64,000 nt of DNA, from IMG/VR virus record IMGVR_UViG_3300029906_000002, positions 12,507 to 76,506 of that record; one strand, 5' to 3'. The notes below the pieces were generated by a model that saw nothing but the letters and a program-made list of their open reading frames with translations, ran no database searches and had not been told where the DNA came from. Below, piece by piece: positions 38,501 to 48,296 of the stretch; position 1 is the stretch's first letter; every line of letters starts with the position of its first letter. The position numbers and the translations under genes are program-made. This stretch comes from a virus.

Positions 38501-40328
38501 CTTGCAATCTTCTATCCAAGTTGGCATCTTGATTGGCCCATCTTCTCTTGTTTGCTTCAATCTCTCTTATATCGTCGGGATCAAGTTGTCCGACAAGACC
38601 TCCGCCGCCTGTTCCTCCAGAATAACCATAATTATACGTGTCGTAGATAAGACCTCCACGTTGATACTTTTTAGTCTTACCTCCGTTCTTTTGAGAAACT
38701 ACCTGGTATTCTCCGGTAAGATTGTATTTCTTGTTTATGTAATCAAGCAGGTAATTCTGAAGAGTAGCTCTATCTATCTTTCCAGCATTGTACACATCGC
38801 TAATAGGAGAGTAATGGATACCTTTATCGTCAGCATAGAACACGCCAGTATTGGTTATGCTGCCATCATACGGGTCTATATTAGGATTACCAAATAAGCT
38901 TGTTTGCTTCAGATCCTCTGGTTTCAATCGTGACAATATAAGATTAAGGAATTGGTCGTTTGTAGTATTGGCATACAAATTCTCGAAGTCGATATCAGCT
39001 GACCTTAAATGGTCGCCTACTGAACCCCTGTCTTTGCTAAACCAGCTTTCTATGCCTTTATTACCAAATTTGGTGCTTCCCAATCTTGCGTTTCTCCAAT
39101 CTTCTACAGATTGGTTCCCACGATTCATGAAGCTATTTACAATACTGGAAAGAATGCCGGAATAATAACCTGCTGGATTTCCATCTTCCGGAATAATATA
39201 TCCGAGAGCAGTACTCCATTTCTTGTCAGCATCAGCATCCATGCCAGATGTACCAATAGTGTAGCCTTGTATGGTAGACGGTTTGTTACCTTGATTACCC
39301 ATCCAACCAAGAACATCATTAAGAAGTGTCTGATATTCTTTTGTGGCATCCATTTGTGCCTGAATCTTACTATTTTGTGTTCTAAGATTTTGATTTTCTT
39401 GCTGTTGCTTAAGCTTCTGATTTTCCTCTTCCAGCTTCTTTGCTTCTATTTCTTCTTCCGTTAATCCTTCATACTTGTCTTTTTCCTGTTGTGCAGGAGC
39501 ATAGCCAAGCAAAGTGCGAATGAGATCAGCATCACGACTATTTAAATCAATATAGTCGCGATTAGCTTCGTAGGATGCCTTATCCTTTAATCCAGGAATA
39601 ACCCTGCCAAGCGTATCAATGACGCTCCAGTCTGTCTCAGGGTTATACTTGCCAGATTCTTTGGCTTTGTTGAGGCTATCCAGATAGTTCTGAAAGAGTT
39701 GGCTGGTATATCCGTAACGCTGGTTCTCGTCACGAGAAAGGGCTGCTGATGCCACGCTATCGGCTGTCATGCCACGGCTTTTTAAGTAGCCTGCAAAGGA
39801 AGTGTCATACTTCTCCTTGTCCTTGTCGTCTACCTTACCATCACCATTCGTGTCACCCTCGACAGGTTTAATTTCCTCCTCTTTTGGCTTATATCCAGAG
39901 TTTTTAAGCACTTCGAGAGCAGCTGCCGCGCCAAGGGCATTGAGCGTATTCTCATCACGTGTGTTGTACGTTCTGGACAGGAAGCGACGTTTGGTCTTGC
40001 CCGTAGTTTGTAACTCTGGCATATTGGATACGAACGTGTTGATACCATCAAGCGAGATTTTGCCTTCAAGCACACCATTAATGAATTGGTTGCGCTTGGC
40101 GATAATCTTCTCGCGTTGCTTCGGTCCACCGAATCCTTTGTACGAGTTGAAGAATTTTGAAGTGAATCCCGTGTCGCGTGACGTGTCAAGGATGCCTTGT
40201 CGGCTCAATTCCATGTCACCGATCTTCAGATAATCAGGGTCTTTCTCCTTGTCGACCACCTTGGTCTTGGTGCCTCCTTCGGCATATTGTACGGACTTTC
40301 CGCCCTCTCTTAACAGTCTTACTGGCAT
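35487..40328 (-). CDS. large putative virion cargo / ejection protein
   Basis: 1613 aa; many xxxGG motifs, coiled coil, Ala/Gly/Thr-rich hydrophobic block (LDLISLVPFAG). Confidence 0.75.
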   Translation of the reverse strand: MPVRLLREGGKSVQYAEGGTKTKVVDKEKDPDYLKIGDMELSRQGILDTSRDTGFTSKFFNSYKGFGGPKQREKIIAKRNQFINGVLEGKISLDGINTFVSNMPELQTTGKTKRRFLSRTYNTRDENTLNALGAAAALEVLKNSGYKPKEEEIKPVEGDTNGDGKVDDKDKEKYDTSFAGYLKSRGMTADSVASAALSRDENQRYGYTSQLFQNYLDSLNKAKESGKYNPETDWSVIDTLGRVIPGLKDKASYEANRDYIDLNSRDADLIRTLLGYAPAQQEKDKYEGLTEEEIEAKKLEEENQKLKQQQENQNLRTQNSKIQAQMDATKEYQTLLNDVLGWMGNQGNKPSTIQGYTIGTSGMDADADKKWSTALGYIIPEDGNPAGYYSGILSSIVNSFMNRGNQSVEDWRNARLGSTKFGNKGIESWFSKDRGSVGDHLRSADIDFENLYANTTNDQFLNLILSRLKPEDLKQTSLFGNPNIDPYDGSITNTGVFYADDKGIHYSPISDVYNAGKIDRATLQNYLLDYINKKYNLTGEYQVVSQKNGGKTKKYQRGGLIYDTYNYGYSGGTGGGGLVGQLDPDDIREIEANKRRWANQDANLDRRLQGGFANPSSPASAGQVPDSFDFSDATRIAATVANLTSAVTAFTGFSPVSTATGFGGTVANLIADWADKDVSAWDTVRNFGINAGLDLISLVPFAGTATGVAKAVKSVRALLPVISYVAAAYQVPDLIHLAQKAVSDTNRMTSQDWIDLLDGVNMLVGGITAGKNVMRGNRLARESYRSRINAGERTYRIKAEDKNGKKVDVLASPDEWNKIAGAKGLAAKQAAFKEIYGDDFKLDGNPTRIIDHSNEGYDSLRPRDWFTGPRTYNPVDYVSGRPVRGTGGKYGEWLSRFGNRREVVDPLKERGVEITANSIVDREKSWKKAIDRGKNIYSKLGRNKSNTTESQNTSTQNNTPAPQAGTQQSGTTRFVPDKKGWNIYKDQKTNKYYAVNKTKNGNDELEEITDKNLLASLREKDKNGELFKKGGVIPVGRFANGGVIYKYQSGDKTRNTFTADSPLDYKGYNSLWGQTTGLDLLNALKSVDAGGLDWDNSKFINMAKNLQGTYKGAVDVSGNGYDQTDINQHAETGTHQKSYNTNWARGNKAIEDAITKGIITRRGSTGDNTKGGYTDNLHGLMNSLRTWGYAASDVDRKAFESSDIYKQIRDMAARRGMVYKPIESLSGNGKYYYGFEEMPAFDKPKPGSIGKQTPLPQTINPNNVGTPGADPASIETESIGATLDPTDGLGGEGSAKGAGAAGVFLGNMLEPILKTRANNRATRDMVRAIRPNRMTAYRTQTPVENDYFAKRAASNRGAQIMSTADKIARGTADASLGAAAVLQGQSLANQEVAKGDAASRERFYKTRQEAMEHENANTARWTAAANANVAAENNANITKAQLNAQNRINNISGIWGPWMREQKAIGYQMANDRMQADIARSGADMAKELAALRGNMTDEEWNAYLTSPEYAQKAAEIRARYQSANAGRSLFDYVNPIFTAKKGMKIKTSYEVNRKGMDEWSKNFFRNELKAKSDDTKRLIASSSGWMNYMKMLSDNVNQFNRVIKYAPTKRYK

Positions 40329-40346
40329 AGTTCAATCCTTTTCAAA

Positions 40347-40387
40347 CAAAAATAGCGGGACATAGGATAAGCTCCGGATGTCCCGCT
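40347..40387 (-). terminator. terminator after the 91 aa gene, with T-tract doubling as a -7 promoter box
   Basis: AGCGGGACAT(40354-63)/ATGTCCCGCT(40378-87) stem; TATTTTTG at 40354-40347. Confidence 0.75.
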
Positions 40388-40410
40388 GAAGTAGTATACA
40401 ACATGGCAAG

Positions 40411-40686
40411 TTAGCCGATTCTGACCAGTCTTCCGCCTCGTCTTGCAAAAGAAGGTTGAGGGCCTGCCTGCTGCTGTGCGCTTGCTGCGTCGCCAACGAT
40501 TTGCAGGAAAGCCGAGCAAACTTGCATCAACGTGTTGCAATCCTGTGCTTGTACGGCTTGCTGCATGGCAGGGATAATCTGGTCGAGCGGATTGCCGCCA
40601 CCTTGCGGTTCACCGCCTTGGGGTGCTGCTGCGGGAGCACCACCTTGAGGCATTGCGCCTCCTTCTTGGAATTTTCCGATTTTCAT
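40411..40686 (-). CDS. small Gln/Ala/Gly-rich putative internal virion protein
   Basis: 91 aa; KFQEGG at the N-terminus and FARRGG at the C-terminus. Confidence 0.75.
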   Translation of the reverse strand: MKIGKFQEGGAMPQGGAPAAAPQGGEPQGGGNPLDQIIPAMQQAVQAQDCNTLMQVCSAFLQIVGDAASAQQQAGPQPSFARRGGRLVRIG

Positions 40687-40723
40687 TGTAATCCAGTTTA
40701 ATATTAAACATGAGTAAAATAAT

Positions 40724-41338
40724 TCATTCAGGAATGTCTACAGTGTCTATGGGACGTTCGTCCTGCCTATCAAACACATTAAAGATGTACTTGCCGAGTT
40801 GCCTGCAATAAGCATCGTATTTCTTCTTCGAGCGTTTGCGCCAACGATTGCAGAGCTTAGCTTTACGGATGAGCACCCTCGTCTGCTTGCGGGATACGAT
40901 ACGCTCTCCACCTTCAATAGTCATCTGCGTATTACCTTGCTCGTCAAGCACGTGCATCTTTTCCGAGAAAGCGTATTTTGTATCATCAAGGTCGAAGGAT
41001 ACGTCATCATCTTCCTCAATATCCTCATCGGCATTTACTTCAAGCACATACATAGCTGTTTCTTGCATAGGTGTCTCATCGCCAGGCCAGGCATCATACA
41101 CGGCAATGACGGACATGTCCTTGTTGATAAAAGCGACAGTAAGCGGTATCAACGTGTCTTTCATCCAGAAAGAAAGCGGTTGTTCCTTGTTGTAAACAAA
41201 CAGCATACCTTCATCAATAGGAAGATCTTCAACACCTTGCAAACCTTTCTTTTGCTCCTCGTCAGTTTCGGCAACCTGTACTTTATAATGCAGTTCGTCG
41301 CCTTCATCGTTCGTTACATATAAGTCTATCGCTTTCAT
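40724..41338 (-). CDS. DUF192 domain protein with C-terminal cargo-like domain
   Basis: VQVAETDEEQKKGLQ...GMLFVY...FWMKDTLIPLTVAFI...YVLEVNA. Confidence 0.85.
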   Translation of the reverse strand: MKAIDLYVTNDEGDELHYKVQVAETDEEQKKGLQGVEDLPIDEGMLFVYNKEQPLSFWMKDTLIPLTVAFINKDMSVIAVYDAWPGDETPMQETAMYVLEVNADEDIEEDDDVSFDLDDTKYAFSEKMHVLDEQGNTQMTIEGGERIVSRKQTRVLIRKAKLCNRWRKRSKKKYDAYCRQLGKYIFNVFDRQDERPIDTVDIPE

Positions 41339-43230
41339 GCTTTTACCTTTTTCATTATTCCAGAATAATCCTTTGTCTTAAACAGTATCTGGTCGGCAAG
41401 AAGCTCACCAGCCTTACGAGCAATCTCGTTGGCTCTGTCATCATCTTCGCATTCGTCATATTCCTTGCGCATCTTTTCGAGCTTATTGGTAAGTTGCTTA
41501 GTAAAGATGATTTCCTCACGCTCAACTTCAGCTTGCTGTTTCATCTCGCCAGCCTTGTTTTTTAGTACAACAGGAATACCCTTGGTAGTCACATGCTCCA
41601 TACCAGACTTGACATCTTCAATATGGTGACGCTCCTTGTGTAAAGCTCCAGAAGGTATAACATTGAATTTACCACCGCCTTTGTGTTTGACAACGCCGCT
41701 TGATGGACCGGTGAATGATTGTTTAACTACGCCTTTCTTGCGTAATCGTTGACGGCTACCTTTGCCATATTCCCTCTCAAAGGCTTCAATGTATTTATCC
41801 CAGCCTCCAAACTGTTCCACCTGCCAATCCTCCGGTTCAAAGATTTCCTCGTTGCTCTCATAATACCAATGCCCGCCTTTCTTGTCGTGTGGAATAATTG
41901 ATTCATCCGAGAAGGTAACATGACCAGGTTTCTTGTACTTGTCCGTGAAATGACCGGCACCATATCCATTCTTCTCTTCTTCCTTCAACCAATCCTCAAA
42001 TGCCTTATCATCAAGATAGAATCGTTCATAATCGTAGGTGTCAGTCATCTTGCCTTGTTTAGTGAGGATGTCGAAAAAATCCTTCATGCTCATACGAGCC
42101 TTTGGAACCTTCAAACCGTCTTGAGCGCGAAGGACATTGTTGCCGTACAGATTAGTCAAGTTGTCCAAACCAAGGCTCAAGCTGTTGCTTGTTTTGCTGG
42201 ATTCTTTCTGTGACTTATCAATTTGGTTTTTAGTGGCTTTCTTCGTCTGAGAATCCTGTGTCTCGGAATCCTTGCCAATGGTACCTTTTGTACCATTCTG
42301 TACTTCCATGCGTTCAACGAAGTCAAGCGGCATATCGGTAGCTTTAACCTTGCCCCCATCCTGCATGGCTCGAATCTTACTATGGCATTTACGCAAGAAA
42401 TCCCAGTCAATCATCACTCCGCCATTCTTAACATGCAGAGCTTGCACGCCACCTTCGGAATCAATTTGATTGCGAAGAGTAATGGAATTAAGCGAACCTT
42501 GTGCTTTCAATCTGTCTGTTCTTGCATCCTGTCCGATATCAGCTATTGTGTTCAGCTTACGTTGCTTCTCGGCACGTTCTTTTTTAAAACGTCTTCCGGA
42601 CCCGAACATTCTTCCGAATCCTGATATATTCTGTCCTTCCAATTCGTAGTTGCCTACATTATAAGATGATCCTACTTCGGCAGTATTTACCTTGTCTGTA
42701 GTCGTGCCTTCGTAATACTTCGAGCCTATCATATTAGCAAGGTCTATAGCTGTTCCTGCGGCAAGACCCCAAGGACCGAGCTTCTTCAATCCACCAGAAA
42801 TCTGGCTGGTTATCTGTCCTGCTTTATCGCTATAATCCGTGCTCTTTCCGAGTATCTTTCCCAAACCAGCCGTAGCGAAATTGGAAGCGGCACCATATAC
42901 GCCTGTAGAAAGGTCTTGAAGCCCAAAAGCCTTTCCTAAGCCAGCACCAACGCCATTGCTTACAACGGAGCCTATGCCTATGTTATTGGCTTGCGCGGAG
43001 CCTCCAAGCAGGTTTGTACCGAAGTTCAATAACGAACCATCCGCTCCGCCCAGTAATCCACCGAGCAAACCGCCCCCTCCACCACCTCCACTACCACCAG
43101 ATAACAGACCGGCAGCACCATTAAGCAAGCCGCCTTGCAATGTAGGATTGTCGTATTGCTGCCCACCTACGTCGAAAGCGGGCAGTAATGGTGCAGCTGC
43201 TGATGAAAATGTCCTTGCTATATCGCCCAT
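41335..43230 (-). CDS. Gly-rich cargo protein (C1-like by position after the muzzle)
   Basis: 631 aa; Gly-rich N-terminus, GPWGLAAG, NVIPSGALH...QAEVEREEIIF C-terminal module. Confidence 0.7.
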   Translation of the reverse strand: MGDIARTFSSAAAPLLPAFDVGGQQYDNPTLQGGLLNGAAGLLSGGSGGGGGGGLLGGLLGGADGSLLNFGTNLLGGSAQANNIGIGSVVSNGVGAGLGKAFGLQDLSTGVYGAASNFATAGLGKILGKSTDYSDKAGQITSQISGGLKKLGPWGLAAGTAIDLANMIGSKYYEGTTTDKVNTAEVGSSYNVGNYELEGQNISGFGRMFGSGRRFKKERAEKQRKLNTIADIGQDARTDRLKAQGSLNSITLRNQIDSEGGVQALHVKNGGVMIDWDFLRKCHSKIRAMQDGGKVKATDMPLDFVERMEVQNGTKGTIGKDSETQDSQTKKATKNQIDKSQKESSKTSNSLSLGLDNLTNLYGNNVLRAQDGLKVPKARMSMKDFFDILTKQGKMTDTYDYERFYLDDKAFEDWLKEEEKNGYGAGHFTDKYKKPGHVTFSDESIIPHDKKGGHWYYESNEEIFEPEDWQVEQFGGWDKYIEAFEREYGKGSRQRLRKKGVVKQSFTGPSSGVVKHKGGGKFNVIPSGALHKERHHIEDVKSGMEHVTTKGIPVVLKNKAGEMKQQAEVEREEIIFTKQLTNKLEKMRKEYDECEDDDRANEIARKAGELLADQILFKTKDYSGIMKKVKA

Positions 43231-43259
43231 AGTTATTTCCTTTTCTTACAAAAATCGGC

Positions 43260-46200
43260 TTATAACCAAGATTCAAAATAGATGGTTTTTATGGCTTGTA
43301 TGATTACCATCTTCTCTCCCGTGTATCTGATGCGTATCTTGCAATACTTGTCCCTGATACGAGATTCCTTTCGCCCTGTAGCATCGTTCACATAGTCGCT
43401 TGCCCAGTTGGATAGGTCAAGGTCTGTAGTGCCATAACCAAGATTCCGAAGATCTTTGGGGAAGTCGTTGTTCGTGATATTGGTATTCAGGATATCGTTG
43501 GGAACAGGTGTGTTGAAGATGGACAATGGCGGCTTCTGAGCGAATCGTTGCACGCCATTCTTGTCTATGTAAGTCTGCAAACCATTGGGCCAGGTATCTT
43601 CATTCTTCTGCGTGAAGTTGATGGATGGAATCTGTACGAACCATTTATCTTCCTGATACCACATGTTGCCTCTCAACCTGCCTGCTGTGAACATGTTCGT
43701 TCCCTTGATATGCGTCCACATACGATATTCCTGCAACGTGTCGTACTTGGTTATCTCCGTACCAGACAAGTAGACATAATCCTTTTCGGGTGCCGTAGCC
43801 TGCTTGTAATAATCTTCGATATAGTTGAACATATCGTTTCTGGAGTAGTACAGCGGGAACAATGTAGACTTGTCGTTATAGTCCGCCATGATACGTTGCT
43901 GTGGTATGATGGACGGGAAGTTGTGGTCATACAGGATATCGGAACCGTTATACTGGTAGAGCGACTTGATGGCTTCCTGTCGGAAGTAGATGTTCTCCTT
44001 ATCATCATGCCATTCGTAGAAATCACCAGTAACCTCAAAATGGAAGGAATCAGGTTCCGCTGCATTACCAATGATTTGTAGGTTCTCGAATACCTTGTGC
44101 CGCGACGAATCGTCAACAACCACAATCTCTACCTCGAACGGATGCTGCCGTGCGTACCACACACAAGGAACAATCTTGTCCTTGATATCTATGATACCTG
44201 CCTGTCCGTGCTTCCAGAAATCGGTAGTCAGGAACATCATGTTGTCTTCGGGTATAACAGCTATCGAGTACTCATAGTATCCCGCATCAAGCTCCTTGTA
44301 TCCGTTCCAGTTGTTGACATACTGTTGCTTGATATTGTCATCCTCGGCATTGTATTGCAGATCTATGTCGCAACGAACATTAAGCTGATAGACGATAGTA
44401 TCCTTGAAGTTTGGATTGTTTCTATCCAGGAACACACGCCTGCCTGTTGTCTGGTCCATCGTGAAAATGTTGGCAAGCAGAGAATCGTAGGTGATTCCAT
44501 CTTTTAGCTTTAGGATGTACTTATCACCATTCTTCACAATCTCGAACATCTTATAGTACCCGAAGTTGTCCCGTTCAAGCGTATAGGTGTAAGTGGCGGA
44601 TATACCCGTCTTAATATCTGGCAGCTGTACGCCTACAATACCAAACTCCCCGATGTTGTTCATGTTCGCCCGCGTGATGGTATTGTTGGTAAGCGTGATG
44701 CCATGGCTAAACGAGTTATCAGCAAGGCACATGCCAAGCTTGGATATCCATTTCGAGGTGTTTCGGTCGAAGCTGAAATAGATATTGTCTATGGATGCGG
44801 AATAAGACGGTAACCAAGAGTAGAACGAGATGAACGTATCAAGCAGTTCATTGAAGCAGATATTCCATACCTTTTCTTCAAATCCGACTGTATTGTCGTA
44901 GAATGTAAACATGATGTCCTGCTTGTTCTCATTGTAGTGTGTCTTGACATTTCGGATACCTATGATAGGCTCAAGCTCGCGTTCTGTAAGCGATATGCTT
45001 TGATTCAAGAACTCCTGTATCTTGAAATCAGAGATAAGCTGCACATTTGTTCCATCTGTACGCCAGATCTTCTTGGCTACCGTATCCACACCATAGATAT
45101 ACCTCGGTGTCTTAATAACCGATTCCGCCCACTGCGTGCCATACATGTCGCTAAGCACTTTTGGGTTCATGGGCAACACATTCTGTGTATTGATGAACAC
45201 GCTTCCTCCAGGACCCTGACCTGATTCGGTACGTTCGTTAACAGCAATGAACAAGATGCCATGTTCACATATACAGATGATAGATTCATGGAACTCAACG
45301 AGCTTGATGATCATGCCGTATGTGCGGGTGTAGTCACGGAAGTTGGTAGCCTGGAACACTCTGAATCCGTTCTTGAATGCATCATTGACATGCACATCAG
45401 AGTAGGCTATGCGTGTCTGGAACTGGTTCTTGATATAGGGAACATCGGGTACTGCCTGGTTCCACCGCTCACCCAGATTAGCGGACAAACCAGCGTTATG
45501 TACGCCCGATTCGGGTATCTTGAAGCTGCCATCCACGGATATACCGTAGTAAGGATAATAGCCTCTCTTATGACCCGTGAGAGCCTCCTCTTCGGGATAA
45601 GACGGGTCGAGTGAACGGATGTTCAGATTACGGTTAGACACGATCGGGAAGGTTAACCAAATGCCAAGTGGTATGGCATTCACGTCGCCTCGATTAATAT
45701 CCGAGAAGTCGTCGCTATCCAGTTTATAACCGTTTTTCCACGTTTCCTCATCGACTATCTTGCTATTGTTGGGAGCTTCCGGATCCTGGAAGTTTCGGTT
45801 GAATCGGTGGGTAAACAAGCAGATAAAGCTGTCTCCACGATAGATACCGGACAAGTCCTGCATGGACACCTTGTAAGTATTTAGTACACCTCCTGTCTGC
45901 GAGTAGAAGTTCTTCAGTGCATAGCGTTTACTGATGGCATAGTACACTGATTTATCCGCATATCGCGTCTTAATGGAATCGTATGGAGATGCGTTATAGG
46001 CTTCCGATGTTTTGATGTCCACATACGAGCAGGGTCTGTTGTAGCCATCCAAACCCAAGTAGTTGCCGAATATGCCTCGAACGATATTGGTAGCATCATC
46101 CGTGCGATTGTCACGCTCAAGATATTCAAAGCGATAGGCTTCCTCAGCTTCACCTGCACGTCCCCTCCAGAGCGAGTTACGGATAGATATGACAGTAGTA

Positions 46201-48293
46201 TTGTCCGGCACGGTAACCACCTGCGATGTGGTCTTGGAATCCTTGTTATAGTCCGTATTGGTAATGGGTTCCACATACATCTGCCTATTGTTCTGCGGAT
46301 CCATAATGAAATGGTTGCCCGTAGGCATGAAAGATGATTCTACCAAATAGAATGAGCTGCCACTGAATATCTGGTTGTAGTATCCCGGCCAACAATCATA
46401 GTCCGGGCAAATAGCAGCATTGCCCGTAGTTGACATCTCATCGCAGACATATAATCTGCTTACGAAATCCACGTTCAGCTTTCTGTCTTCATCAAGGAAG
46501 CGTTCAGTAATGTGTGATGTTGAAGATTCCCCGAAATCAATGTCACCACGATACTCCTTCAACAACGTGTTATCAACGGGAATAAGGGGAGTGTAGGATG
46601 ACTTGTCTGTTGATATGGTTATGGCTTGGCATAGACGAATTGGGATGCGCTTCTTGCGAACGAAGAAGAATCCTTTAATACCAAGTGAAGCGAGGATGGA
46701 AAAGAAAGCTTCATAGTTGGATTCGTACATCCTAAAGTTGATGTAGTAAATCTGATTACTATCATTGTTAGCTCCTTCTGGTTGCACGTCGAATGACGAT
46801 ACTCCCCATACGTTCTGCACGTTGCCATAATCGTCTATACTGTATGAATTGTCTGAAGGTTGACTGATAATCTGACCGGTTTCTTCATCATAAGAGATAT
46901 ATACTCTAACACGCCCGTCAGGATTAGCCTCGTCTTCTTTATAGATGGCTATTGGCGAGAATTGCGAACTTTTTTTCGCGCCTTCAAATACACTGTCATC
47001 CTCGTGATAGATATTTACCGCTCCTAACACAGGAAACACAGGAGACAATGAGTTGTCAGCAAGAATGTAGACAATACCAAAGCTGTAATACTCACCACCA
47101 TTCGCATAGCCCGTGTAGTTGTAGATGAAGTTTGGATCGAAGTATGTGTTGCGATAGTCATCGTAGTAATCCCTATTTGGTATGGTATAGGGTTTTGTAT
47201 CCACTATAGGGAAGATGCGAAGAGATAGGTCGGTAAGCTCTTTATATGGTATATCTGGCTTATGCACATTAGCCATGAACAACCTGTTCTGCGCTACCGT
47301 TTGAGCACAAGCGGATGAGGCTATGAAGTACTGCGTGTTAATTTCCTCAACAGGTATCTCTTCTTCGTTACCGAAGCCAGTGATATTGATTTGGCAAGAC
47401 AATGACTGGGTGACCTCAAATCGGTCCAGTATGCGATGAGCAGACATGATAGGCTCACTGGATACATCTGAGGTTGTACGTGTGTAATACACGGTAACAA
47501 ATGAATATCCTGGGTCAATGTTGCTTATCAGGAAGCGAATAGACTTATACGAATTCTGATCTTGCGTACCGCCCGTGATACTCGACATGGTATCACCGAT
47601 AAACACGCTCACCACACCGGATTCAGCAACGAAATCCGTTTCATTGCCATCATCATCCATGTACTTGAAATAGAACACATAGTTACCCACACGCATGTTG
47701 CCGCCAGGATAAACACCAATGAAATCAAGGTCTGGTATCTCAACAACACGCTTATATAAAGAGGTATCTATGTCGAATTGCTTACCTTGGTCGTAGATGT
47801 TCACATCATTGTCGCCCTTACGGTCAACAACCTCGTAGGTGTTCTTGCCCAGCGAAGTAAATCTGGAGTTAATAAGGCGAGGTATATTCTTACCGTCATT
47901 CAATATCAGATTCACAGAACCGTCATACGAGTACTGAGGAATGATGTCTACAGGATGATTGATGTCGAATTGAAGCTGAGAGGTATCAAAGTTTACCAAC
48001 GAACCAGCCTCGTATAACAATGGTTGATCATCATCAGGAAGACCAGTCCATTGTGTGCCATCGGTACATTCTATGCCAAATCTTTCCTTAAGCTCTTCTT
48101 GAGTGTATACGTGTCCCTTGTATTCAAATCCAGCCGTTTCAAGACGATAATTCAAAAATGGATTATATTCATAGACAAGATTGCCTTTGGTAGGAAATAC
48201 CTTTAGCATCGTCTTGAAATCCATATCGTTAGCAAGTGGCGGTATAAATGTCGGCACTCCTTCATTAAATGGTCTCAATTCTTCGTCTTCCAT
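43260..48293 (-). CDS. tail stabilization / muzzle protein, C-terminal part (P22 gp10-like)
   Basis: 1677 aa; QNRLFMANV, YGTQWAESVIKT..IYGVD, RIRDKYCKIRIRY C-terminus typical of crAss muzzle proteins. Confidence 0.8.
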   Translation of the reverse strand: MEDEELRPFNEGVPTFIPPLANDMDFKTMLKVFPTKGNLVYEYNPFLNYRLETAGFEYKGHVYTQEELKERFGIECTDGTQWTGLPDDDQPLLYEAGSLVNFDTSQLQFDINHPVDIIPQYSYDGSVNLILNDGKNIPRLINSRFTSLGKNTYEVVDRKGDNDVNIYDQGKQFDIDTSLYKRVVEIPDLDFIGVYPGGNMRVGNYVFYFKYMDDDGNETDFVAESGVVSVFIGDTMSSITGGTQDQNSYKSIRFLISNIDPGYSFVTVYYTRTTSDVSSEPIMSAHRILDRFEVTQSLSCQINITGFGNEEEIPVEEINTQYFIASSACAQTVAQNRLFMANVHKPDIPYKELTDLSLRIFPIVDTKPYTIPNRDYYDDYRNTYFDPNFIYNYTGYANGGEYYSFGIVYILADNSLSPVFPVLGAVNIYHEDDSVFEGAKKSSQFSPIAIYKEDEANPDGRVRVYISYDEETGQIISQPSDNSYSIDDYGNVQNVWGVSSFDVQPEGANNDSNQIYYINFRMYESNYEAFFSILASLGIKGFFFVRKKRIPIRLCQAITISTDKSSYTPLIPVDNTLLKEYRGDIDFGESSTSHITERFLDEDRKLNVDFVSRLYVCDEMSTTGNAAICPDYDCWPGYYNQIFSGSSFYLVESSFMPTGNHFIMDPQNNRQMYVEPITNTDYNKDSKTTSQVVTVPDNTTVISIRNSLWRGRAGEAEEAYRFEYLERDNRTDDATNIVRGIFGNYLGLDGYNRPCSYVDIKTSEAYNASPYDSIKTRYADKSVYYAISKRYALKNFYSQTGGVLNTYKVSMQDLSGIYRGDSFICLFTHRFNRNFQDPEAPNNSKIVDEETWKNGYKLDSDDFSDINRGDVNAIPLGIWLTFPIVSNRNLNIRSLDPSYPEEEALTGHKRGYYPYYGISVDGSFKIPESGVHNAGLSANLGERWNQAVPDVPYIKNQFQTRIAYSDVHVNDAFKNGFRVFQATNFRDYTRTYGMIIKLVEFHESIICICEHGILFIAVNERTESGQGPGGSVFINTQNVLPMNPKVLSDMYGTQWAESVIKTPRYIYGVDTVAKKIWRTDGTNVQLISDFKIQEFLNQSISLTERELEPIIGIRNVKTHYNENKQDIMFTFYDNTVGFEEKVWNICFNELLDTFISFYSWLPSYSASIDNIYFSFDRNTSKWISKLGMCLADNSFSHGITLTNNTITRANMNNIGEFGIVGVQLPDIKTGISATYTYTLERDNFGYYKMFEIVKNGDKYILKLKDGITYDSLLANIFTMDQTTGRRVFLDRNNPNFKDTIVYQLNVRCDIDLQYNAEDDNIKQQYVNNWNGYKELDAGYYEYSIAVIPEDNMMFLTTDFWKHGQAGIIDIKDKIVPCVWYARQHPFEVEIVVVDDSSRHKVFENLQIIGNAAEPDSFHFEVTGDFYEWHDDKENIYFRQEAIKSLYQYNGSDILYDHNFPSIIPQQRIMADYNDKSTLFPLYYSRNDMFNYIEDYYKQATAPEKDYVYLSGTEITKYDTLQEYRMWTHIKGTNMFTAGRLRGNMWYQEDKWFVQIPSINFTQKNEDTWPNGLQTYIDKNGVQRFAQKPPLSIFNTPVPNDILNTNITNNDFPKDLRNLGYGTTDLDLSNWASDYVNDATGRKESRIRDKYCKIRIRYTGEKMVIIQAIKTIYFESWL

Positions 48294-48296
48294 AGC

